Shown here: in pieces, positions 53,899-64,000 of the stretch
Layout of the letters: every line of letters begins with the position of its first letter
How positions within the stretch are numbered: position 1 is the stretch's first letter
Assembly (NCBI GenBank): GCA_951406725.2
Contig: OX597816.1
Coordinates: 37,882,001-37,946,000, forward strand
DNA length: 64,000 bases
Source of the DNA: Octopus vulgaris
Lineage: Eukaryota
Direction: 5' to 3'
Notes under the pieces: model-generated
Told to the model about the DNA's origin: nothing
Seen by the model: only the letters and a program-made list of their open reading frames with translations
The model's database searches: none
Translations under genes and position numbers: made by a program

Positions 53899-54730
53899 TA
53901 ATATATATTCTTGGCGCCACGTACCCCTCTTAACACTTATGTGAGCACATATTCTTAAAAAATTGGTACGACTCTACCCTCTGTTTGTCTCTCTCTCTCT
54001 CACTTTTACTTGATCTGTCCCCTTCTCTCTCTTTTCTCTCTATTCATCCTCTTTTTCTCTTCTCTTGCCTCTGATTCTTTGGTCTACTCTTCCCCTACCC
54101 TTCCATTTCTTTGTCTTGCTTTGCACTCACAGGTCAATCTTTGACACCCATCCCTTCTCCTCTCTGATTCCTTCTTTCTCTCTCTTCTCTCCCCTTGTTG
54201 CTTTCGTCCCTCTTCTCTCTCTCTCTTCCTTCCTTTGCCTCTCTTTCTTTTCTTTCCTCTCTTCTCCGTCACGTGACCGCTGGCCGAAATCTGTCTCTCA
54301 GCTTCCGACCAGCGACGTGACAACATCGTTGTCTTTTGTCCGCCGTTAAGGCTTTTTTCCAAAATACGCCAGCCAAATTTGTTTGCACTGTTATTAGTCG
54401 TAAGACACTTGTTGTTTTCACCGTTATTGCTATTGTATTTCATGTTTTTGTATTCCATTATTGTTTTTTGCTTTTTATATTCGTCCTTTTTGCTGTCCCG
54501 GTGTTCGTATGCATTCGATCCTTCTTCCAGGAAATCTACGCTCCCAGCTTAGTTTTTCTAATGCTCGTTGCTTAGTTTTTCTTGGAGGGCTGGCCGGATC
54601 TAGTAATCTCAAGATTAATCAGCCGAAATTACTACGATGATCCGGTTCTTTACTGAAGACTGAGGGCTTCGAATGTCCTGTCCGTGTTTATTGTATCGTC
54701 TTCTAAGAGTTATGCGTTCTTGTCCCTGTT
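53897..54730 (+). mobile_element. Non-coding structured repeat bounded by (AT)n; its 3' part recurs at 40513-40680 (+), 43783-43935 (+) and 54762-54915 (-)
   Basis: Shared block gattaatcagccgaaattRc...gttcttKaCTGANGA...ggcttcgaatg; internal hairpin at 54268-54321. Confidence 0.7.
54594..54668 (+). ncRNA. Candidate hammerhead-like RNA with non-canonical strand order
   Basis: tagtaa-TC-tcaaga, agcc-GAAA-ttacta and tctt(g/t)a-CTGAAGA-N5-ggct give complementary stems III, I and II. Confidence 0.45.
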
Positions 54731-54748
54731 TGTATTTTTCTACATATC

Positions 54749-54782
<34 letters not shown>

Positions 54783-54910
54783 TAAACAGTAAAAATAATT
54801 AGACATGGACAAGAACATGAAACACCACAGAGACGACACAAGAACCATAGGACGGGACATTCGAAGCCCTCAGTCATCAGTCAAGAACCAGATCATCTTA
54901 GCAATTTCGG

Positions 54911-54990
<80 letters not shown>

Positions 54991-55078
54991 GTTAATCCAA
55001 ACATGAAAACACAACAACGCGAGGACGTGGAACAAATATAGTATTATTGGACGCTCAGGAAGGAAGGGAAGAAGGAAG

Positions 55079-55113
55079 GTTTAACGTTTCGAGCGGAGCT
55101 CTTCGTCAGAAAC
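55079..55113 (-). ncRNA. Minimal (dimer-type) hammerhead variant in an about 200-bp element (about 54990-55190) between microsatellites
   Basis: gttt-CTGACGA-A-gagc-tcc-gctc-GAAACGTT-aaac; palindromic AACGTT replaces stem III. Confidence 0.7.
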
Positions 55114-55234
55114 ATAGAGAAAGGCAAGATCCAGAGAAGGGAAGACGGAGGAAAAAAATCGCCAACGGTACACACGCGGTCACATTTTGACATGTATGTA
55201 TATATGTATGTATGTATGTTTGTGTATATATGTA

Positions 55235-55354
<120 letters not shown>

Positions 55355-55372
55355 CATACACACACACATATA

Positions 55373-56605
55373 CAGAGGTTGGACAAAATAATGGAAGCAC
55401 CTTAAAATTTCAAACAAATTTATTCTAATTTGGAGTAGGACCACCTTTGGCAGTAATTATAGCTTGAATTCTACGAGGTATGGACTCGTACAAAGTCCGA
55501 ATTGTTCCCAAAGGAATTTTGTCCATTCTTCAGCTAAAACAGTCTCCAGTTCTTGTAGTGATGATGGTGGAGGATATCGACTCGTTACTTGTTTTTCTAA
55601 AATGCACCATAAATGTTCAATAATATTGAAATCTGGGGCCAGATAAGATGTTCAACTTCCTCATGCCATTCAGTAACAACTTTAGCTGTGTGAATCGGAG
55701 CATTATCATCCTGAAACAGTTCCGCAGCCATAGGATGAATTTGATCAGATAAAATGCTCAAATAGTCTTGACTATTAATTTTGCCATGAAGGGAAACCAT
55801 GGGCCGGCGGATTTCCAAGATATAGCCCCCACTCCAGATCATCACAGATCTTCCTCCATGTTTAACAGTTGGAAGAAGGCAGTCTGGGTCAAATGCTTCT
55901 TTTGACTGTCTCCATACGTATACTCGGCCGGTGGTCGGAAATAAGGTAAAGGATGACTCGTCCGAGAAAAATAACATTCTTCCACTGCTCTAGGGACTAA
56001 TTTTGTAGGTTTTTACTTCACTCTAAATGCTTTGCAACGTTTGTTTTTAAAAGTAGTTGTTTTCTGATTGCAGCCCTCCCATGAAATCCGGCTTTGTGCA
56101 GCACCCGGCGAACAGTTTTTGTGGAAACTGGGTTCTCAAGGTAGTCATTAATCTCTGCAGTAATTTTGGGAGCCGTACTTTTGTAATCTTTTCTAACAAC
56201 TCACGTACAAATCCGAGGTCCTTATCTGAAAGTTTTAGTTTTCTTCCAGAGTTTTTTTTCGACTAGGAGGTTTTTCCCTCTTTCTCAGAGGCTGAGATTA
56301 CTTTCGAGACAGTACTTCTTGATACACCAAACATTTCGGCTGTTTTTCGTTACGCTAGCGCTTGCCACACGAGCACCAATAATTTGACCTCTTTGAAAGT
56401 CCAATAGATCTGTCATTTTAATGAATTTTAATTACCATTTTCTGATGATATCTGAAAAGAAACAGCAATTTTAGCAAAACATATTAAGCAACACTAATAA
56501 TAAATCAAAAAGCATAAAAATAAACAAGCTTTTGACGGTTGTATAGATATTTCAAAATTATGATGCTATGATGCTAGGTGTTTCCATTATTTTGTCCAAC
56601 CCTTG
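55373..56605 (-). mobile_element. Tc1-family DNA transposon with both ends and a disrupted transposase (55425-56416)
   Basis: TA TSD; about 29-bp TIRs CAGAGGTTGGACAAAATAATGGAA; MTDLLDFQRGQIIGAR, FSDES, PTVKHGGRSVMIW, FQDDNAPIH, IEHLW and AKGGPT motifs with frameshifts. Confidence 0.93.
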
Positions 56606-56917
56606 TAAATAGATACATGCAAAAATATATACACAGATGATACATACATGAGGAAAGATAGTCATATATACATACAAACACATATATATAATCATAAGAC
56701 ATTCATATACACACATGTCGATAACTCTGTAATTTTTGCCATGTGTTATTCTCTGTTCCTTATATCTGTGCGTGGGAGATTTTGTTGGTATTTTTAGCAA
56801 CTTGGTTGATAAAGACTCCCTCATTTGCCTCTTTATGTGTGTGTGTATGTATGTGTGTGTGTGTATGGGTGTGCGTGTGCGAGTGTGCGCTGCGTGCATG
56901 CGTGTGTGTGCATGTGA

Positions 56918-56970
<53 letters not shown>

Positions 56971-57367
56971 CAGATATGCAAGGAATGGCATCGAATACTT
57001 TGAATATCATTTGCTTGCGCTTGAGATCAAGGCGCTTCCACATTCCCGAGGCTGCAGCCCATATTGGCACTCAATATCTTGCTCTGGCTCGTCCTCCGGA
57101 TCATGTCAGTCGGATCGAGAGGGTCTGTGAGATACTGTGCAAGTCTTATTGGACCTACAGTTTTAGTTAGTGTAATCGCCGGCGAGTGGGCTTTCCGATG
57201 GCCGGTCGTATAGGAGGGCACTGCGGCGAGCATGGAAGCCGCGGGCGCGAAATCGGGTGAAGCTGACTGCGAATGCAATAGCATCATGCACGAGCATTCT
57301 TGGCGTTTTCTTGGGCAATGATCAGTTATGGTCTTCCTCGTCACCAGTGGACAGCTATCATCATCAC

Positions 57368-57482
57368 GTATGTATGTATGTATGTATGTATGTATGTATG
57401 TATGTATGTATGTATGTATGTATGTATGTATGTATGTATGTATGTATGTGTGTATGTATGTATGTATGCATGTATGTATGTA

Positions 57483-57513
<31 letters not shown>

Positions 57514-57678
57514 GTGTGTGTATGTATGTATGTATGTATGTGTATGTATGTATGTATGTATGTATGTATGTATGTATGTATGTATGTGTGTGTATGTATG
57601 TATGTATGTATGTGTGTGTATGTATGTATGTATGTATGTATCTGTGTGTATGTATGTATGTATGTATGTGTGTATGTA

Positions 57679-57711
<33 letters not shown>

Positions 57712-57750
57712 ATGTGTGTATGTATGTATGTATGTATGTGCGTATGTATC
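57368..57750. repeat. (GTAT)n/(GT)n microsatellite
   Basis: Direct inspection. Confidence 0.97.
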
Positions 57751-58144
57751 TATATTTAGTCAAAAACACGTACGTGCACGCGCAATTGTATATACTGTTC
57801 TTGGACTTCGCAAAGATTTTCAACAAAATCGGTCAGTACAGTCGACCCCAGTACTTGACTGGTACTTATTTTATCGACCCCGCAAGGATGAAAGGTAAAG
57901 CGGCAGACTTTGAACTCAGCTCGCCGCCTTATTTCTATCTCTAATAACAAACTCTCAGAAACAAAGCTCATGTCACCTTAACGTTGTATTAAGTATACAA
58001 TTGTCCTATACTTTGCATGTTTATACTTATGCCAGGGTACAAATTCAATTGAGAGGATATTCTTTGATAAACATCGCCACATGTCAATTTTACAGCCCCT
58101 CATTTCTTATCTTATCGAAAATTAAAGTTCTAAAATGAATTGTA

Positions 58145-58710
58145 TTAGGTTCTCCAGAAAGTTCGTGCCGATTTATAGTAGCTTACCTTTCGACTTATTT
58201 TAGAACATGGTTGAGTCCATAAAATAGGATTTGACTACATCTCCATTTAGAGCACAGTTTAAGCTATCTTTTCGTGGAAGAAGGTTTATGTTCCTATAAC
58301 CTGTGTTAATTTTCTAACCCTTTAAAACGGAAGATAAGAAAATTCATTTCCAGCAGTTGATGTTTTGAGAACCAGACAAAAATTGCTGCAGCTCAGCTGG
58401 GATGTGTTACCCCACCCTCCATATTCACCAGATATTGCTCCTTCGGATTTCCACTTATTCAGGTCTCTGTAGAATAGTCTTAATGGTAAAAATTTCAATT
58501 CCTTGGATGACGTAAAAAGATACCTTGATGAATTCTTTGCCACGAAACCACCTCAATTCTGGGAAAAGGGTACTTTCAAGTTAAAGGAAAGATGGAGACG
58601 CATTGGGAAACAAAATGGTTCATATTTGGTTCATTAAAAATGTAATGGCAAGTATTTATTGACCTTTTTCTTTCCTTTAAAAATCGGCACGAACTTTCCG
58701 GACAACCCAA
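58145..58710 (+). mobile_element. Internally deleted mariner
   Basis: TA TSD; TIRs TTAGGTTCTCCAGAAAGTTCGTGCCGATTT; WDVLPHPPYSPDIAPSDFHLFRSL. Confidence 0.92.
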
Positions 58711-59721
58711 TATTAACATTTTAAAAACATTTGCACACGGCACAAGAATGCATTGTTATGCAGTTAGTTTCATATTATTAAAAACTAGCGGGTCCCGTGG
58801 TTATCTCACGGAATTAATGGTAAACCTATTGGGTTATTTCAGAAAACTTTATCTAAAAAATACCAAAAAACTGAAAACGTAGCCTGTGCTGTGTCTGTAT
58901 GGAAAGATAGTCGCTCATCTACTACTCATTGAAAAGTGAAGGAATTTGGAATACGATGATTCTTAATGCATCTTATATACACTTTATATACTTTATTTAC
59001 AATTTTATAGACTTAATATGCAGTATTCATAAAATAAATATTCACTCTTTTTTTCCCCATTTTCCCACAAACAAAACAAAAATATCTCGTACATATGATA
59101 CAACCTTTAGTTAAATTACATATATCTGTCACGTAAATAAGCGTGAATGTTTCACGGAATTGCACTTATACGCATGCGTTAAGTGATAAGCGATATAAAA
59201 AACTTAATTAAAAAAACCCACTTTCACTATTCAGTCAACACCACCACCTCCACCTCCACCATCACCTTTCATATTGATATCCTTTGTCCTGAGTAAGACA
59301 TTAAACTATATTCAGCGATGTGACTCCAGCTCGAGATTTCAGGAGTTTTGGGTATGTGAAGTTGCTTTTTAGTCACCATTACTCCCAGTTCCATTGTTGC
59401 CCGAGATAGCAGTACTTGTAAAGGATTCAATTATAGGTCAACAAGTAGATGTCCTTGCAGCTGAGCCATGCAAGACTTGTACGAAGGTTGGACCATCAGG
59501 GTTTTGGCATGTCCTGATGTTACGTGAATGAGTCGTCTAGCTTAAAAGTTAAATAGGCCTTGTGCCTCAAGAGTAACATCGAGAGAACAGGCGGTTAGCA
59601 GGATAAATTGCAAAATAAACCGGCAGAGAGCCTTTCCCTAAAACTTTATGAATCTTCAGATTTAGCATAGAGGTCCATAATGCATAAACGCCCAAGCTTG
59701 TAGGCATGGAATATGAAGAAG

Positions 59722-59722
59722 G

Positions 59723-59799
<77 letters not shown>

Positions 59800-59844
59800 G
59801 AGAGAGAGAGGGAGAGAGAGGGAGAGAGAGGGAGAGAGAGGGAG

Positions 59845-59904
<60 letters not shown>
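59722..59904. repeat. (GA)n/(GATA)n microsatellite
   Basis: Direct inspection. Confidence 0.97.
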
Positions 59905-60032
59905 GTTTATCAACAATGCAATCGCTCGAAAATGCCAATGATAAACGATATATTTCGTTTTTAAGGAGTACTGGAAGAATATCACATGTAAAAAAGGTAT
60001 TCTAAGCAATGCAGCAGGACAGAAAGAGGCTC

Positions 60033-60176
60033 CAGCATGGGCAAACTGCAGCTAGCGGGTCTTTCTAAATGGCATGCCTAAACGAAAAATTACCTTGAAT
60101 TTCTTATTTATGCAGCTCACCTGATGCTGAACCATTTCTTATGCAGCCCGCTTCTCGAGAAAGGTTGCCCATGCTG
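60033..60176. mobile_element. hAT-type MITE
   Basis: CAGCATGGGCAA...TTGCCCATGCTG 12-bp TIR; no clear TSD. Confidence 0.55.
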
Positions 60177-61842
60177 CCTAGCTTGGCGCTTGATCTTCAT
60201 GAAATAGCAGTGAAATCTGTCTCAAATGACGGCTGGTGATCAAAGCATGTGGTTATGGATGTGCTCAATCAGAGCTGACCAGGGGCTAAACAACAACGAC
60301 AAATAATTCCGTGAAACTGAAACTGTTCTCTTTGGTGGAATAGAGTTATTTTATATGGAAGTCCCATAATCTTAATCAAATTAAGTACATAAGAAAGCAT
60401 TCATAAATATAGAAATGTTTAAAGACATTTTGAAGACGAGTAAGTTAATTCTATCGAGTTGTTGACTGAATTGTAAAGAAGCCATTTTGTTTATTTATAA
60501 GTTGTGTTTGTATTTCATTGAAACCCCAACAAAAGAGAACAAAAGCCCAAACAAACTTTAAGCAATAAAAGCCTCTCTCTCTCTTTCACGCACACACATA
60601 TATAGCTACACCACCGGATCCTTCAAATTTTAAAGAGCACAATACAAGTTCTAAATAAATCAAGAGCACATGACAATTTCTAAATAAATTAAAATCACAC
60701 ATGACAATTTTTGAATAAAGGGTCGAAACAGGTGTCAAATACAGTAGATACCGGCAGGCAATCCTGCAAATCTTCAATGAAATTTGATGACAAATCTGAA
60801 ATTTTGTCAGAAAACAAGATAAAGGATATGATAACCTCTTTATCTGACTTGAGAGAAAGGCAAGTTTTGGACTATAAAAACGCCACATACTCCATATCAG
60901 TGCATTTCTGAACGCATTGTGCGTTTCTAAACTTATAAATTATTTATTCTGTTGTTTATAACCGATGCCACACAATGTTACCATTGATATTTTTACTCTC
61001 TACTGTTTTGCTCGTGGCCCCTGTTCAGGTAAGAGAAACTTTTTAGTATTTATCTTTATAAACATGCGCACTCAAGTGCAAGCGTGGCTGTGTGGTAAGA
61101 AGCTTACTTTCCAATCACATGGTTCCGAGTTCAGTCCCACTGCGTGGCACCTTGGGCAAGTATCTCCTTCTATAGCTTCGGGCTGACCAAAACCTAGTGA
61201 GTGGATTTGATGGATGGAGAGTGAAAGAAGCCCTTCGTATATATTTATGTATGTATTTATGCGTGTATGTCTTTGACACCCCACCATCGCTTGACAACCG
61301 ATGTTGGTGTGTTTATGTCCCCGTAACTTAGCGGTTCAGTAAAATAGACCAATAGAATAAATACTAGTCTTGATGTCGATTTGTTCGACTAAACCCTTCA
61401 AGGCGGTGCTCCGACATGGCCGCAGTCAAATGGCTGAAACAAGTAAAGGAATAAAAGAATACATATATACAAACAAACATACATATAGTTTATGATGTGC
61501 TTTTCTACGACACTTTACCATTTGTATCAGAGTTCCATATTTACGGCACACTAGACTTATAATCCGATACTGCTCACTTAACCAAATATGATGTTGCATA
61601 TATTTACGGTTAGGCAATAACGAAAGGTAAAGTTCTCATTGCGTGTGCACCTCAATGACCTCTTAGAGTTGAACCAGCAGAGTGCAAGCTCATGTTTGGA
61701 CCTCCCGAGCAGGGCAGGTCGAAAGATAGAGGCCAGATTAATATGAACCACCTCTTCTCAGAGGTAAAAAATGGCTTGCGTAGGGCTAACATCCTCAACT
61801 GGAAGAAAAAGCAAAGTTGTAAATGTGTTTTTTTTTTAATGT

Positions 61843-62229
61843 GTGGAAGCACTCCGTCGGTTACGACGATGAGGGTTCCGGTTGATCCGAATCAACGGAA
61901 CAGCCTGCTCGTGAAATTAACGTGTAAGTGGCTGAGCACTCCACAGACACGTGTACCCTCAACGTAGTTCTCGGGGATATTCAGCGTGACACAGAGAGTG
62001 ACAAGGCCGGCCCTTTGAAATACAGGTACAACAGAAACAGGAAGTAAGAGTGAGAGAAAGTTGTGGTGAAAGAGTACAGCAGGGATCACCACCATCCCCT
62101 GCCGGAGCCTCGTGGAGCTTTTAGGTGTTTTCGCTCAATAAACACTCACAACGCCCGGTCTGGGAATCGAAACCGCGATCCTATGACTGCGAGTCCGCTG
62201 CCCTAACCACTGGGCCATTGCGCCCACAC
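61843..62229 (-). mobile_element. SINE family D, full length
   Basis: Reverse complement of 46782-47164; TSD tttttttaatgt. Confidence 0.9.
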
Positions 62230-62402
62230 TTTTTTTAATGTACGGTGAGATATAAAGCATAAACACAGTTAGACGTTAGCGGAAGGATCACCCCACACAT
62301 TTAAGTATAAAATTTACTTTTACAAAAAAATCGTCGACAGTGATTGCGAAGGCTAAAAATTTCACAGGATGATGCAGAGTCACTACTAAGCCTTTTTCTT
62401 GA

Positions 62403-62486
<84 letters not shown>

Positions 62487-62712
62487 TGCACGCACGCACG
62501 CACGCAATATAATGAATGCCCATATTATAATGAACTGCTGAAAAATGTTCTCCGGACGGTTTTTCTGATCGTACTTATAAACCTGCTATCTCTTCTTCCA
62601 TTCATAGCCAAAACCAATTCACAACTTGAATGAACCTCATCTTAAAGCGGCCAAACGTATCGGATTCCTCGAAGGTAAGCACTCTGAAACATATTGCACA
62701 GGCATTGCTCTA

Positions 62713-64000
62713 GGACAGTTGCGTACTGGACATTTGTGCACCGTACAGCTACGTACCAGGCAATTGCGTCCCTGGACATTTGCGTCCCTAGACAAATGCG
62801 TCTCTGGACAATTGTGTTCTTGTATTATTTTGAAATTTTACTTATCATATTTTCAGGTATATTTTTTGTTTATTAGGAACAGTTGATTATCAAAGCTAAT
62901 TGTAAATAAACACATTTAATAACTCTAAACAAAAGAGTAGGTAATAATAAATGTTTAAAAAAGGATAAAAAAGAAATAAAACAGTTTAAAATTTACAAGT
63001 TTATTTTGGTTTAAAAAACGAAAGCTGATTAACAATACAAAAAAATATTTCAAGATTTAAAAAATCATTGTAGTTTCCCAAATAAATCAAAAGGTGTGAA
63101 TGTTGTGAGCTATTCTTTTCAAAAAATTTATCTTGTTTTCAGGAGTGTACTTATCTAATAACACCACGGTTCTCTTAGTTGCAGTTTTATTTTTTTGCTG
63201 CACTAGAATTCCTCTTTGAAAGTCCCATTTTTTCTTTAAGGCGCTTCCTCCTTTTTCAGTGCTTCAATCAATTTCCAAATAGAAGGGTGTTGACACAATA
63301 AAGAATATTGCAAAGCGTTGTGTAATCCCTCTAAGATGTTATTAGATCTAGGAAACTGATTTATAACCCTTTCTCGAACATTCCAATACTCGATAGAAAG
63401 AATAGGTTCCATCCTTATCCCTCTCCGGCCTCTTGCTTGACCAATGTATGTCATTTCAAAATAGGCAAATCACAGTTATCAGACAAGTCAATAAAACCGT
63501 CGACAACGTCAATTAAAGGAAGAAATGATAATGCGGAAAAACATCTAATTTCCCAATTGAATACTTCATCTTCTCTATACTGTTGTCTTAACCCTAGGCC
63601 ACAGATTTTCTTAAAAATAGACGCAGACAAATGAAAGAGACATGAACTTATTGTTACTTCTGGAAACTTTTCTGCAAAACCTTTCTGAGCTCCTATTTCA
63701 AAGTCTGTCAACAAAGATTTTGGATTAAGTTGCGGTTTGAGCTGCAACAAATATGTGAATAGACAAACATATGTTTCCTTTGTCTTACCTGGAAGAAGGG
63801 AAAAATCTCTGGGAATGTTAAATGTATCTTCTTGGATATGGATACAATATAGCTGATAATATATTGATGGACTGACTTTAAAGGTACCATCTGCTGCCCA
63901 GTTGGGAAAATTTATCAAATCTTCTAAGTCATCTTCCGTCGCAAATATTACAATTCTATTCTTGTCATCGGTGCCAGAATCAAATGCAAGGAACTTCTCT
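62713..64000 (-). mobile_element. MULE (Phantom-like) transposon running off the window end; frameshifted transposase
   Basis: WAADGTFK..YYQLYCIH, TDFEIG, SCLFHL and RSNNILEGLHN motifs; about 15-16-bp subterminal tandem repeats ggacaNttgcgtNcct at 62713-62820. Confidence 0.88.

Noticed and set aside
61640-61830. Possible HDV-like ribozyme in an RTE-like 5' UTR (gtagggctaacatcc)
   Set aside because: I could not assemble a nested P1/P2/P3/P1.1 double pseudoknot by eye.
62713-62820. Short repeat array resembling CRISPR or iterons
   Set aside because: Contiguous units with no spacers in a eukaryotic context; these are MULE subterminal repeats.

Overview
AT-rich, microsatellite-dense eukaryotic DNA, most likely from a coleoid cephalopod such as Octopus (inferred from the repeat landscape, TTAGGG motifs and an invertebrate-code COX1 relic). 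It holds two host genes, both on the + strand: the last four coding exons of UBXN4 (2274-10052) and the complete six-exon proteasome beta-1 subunit gene PSMB6 (27562-36852, 234 aa). The rest is transposon debris: several tRNA-derived SINE families, RTE, CR1 and R4 LINE fragments, two decayed Penelope-like elements, Tc1/mariner, a MULE, Helitron-type, piggyBac-type and Merlin-type non-autonomous elements, a COX1 NUMT and long microsatellites. The most interesting signal is non-coding. At least five hammerhead-ribozyme (HHR) motifs lie in Penelope pseudo-LTRs or in small elements embedded in (AT)n. A separate four-copy repeat family contains all three hammerhead strands in an order (substrate, GAAA, CUGANGA) that is not one of the type I/II/III circular permutations, and its truncated copies start just 3' of the predicted cleavage site. 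All RNA structures were paired by eye, none is tested, and most long ORFs in the ORF track are microsatellite or SINE artefacts.
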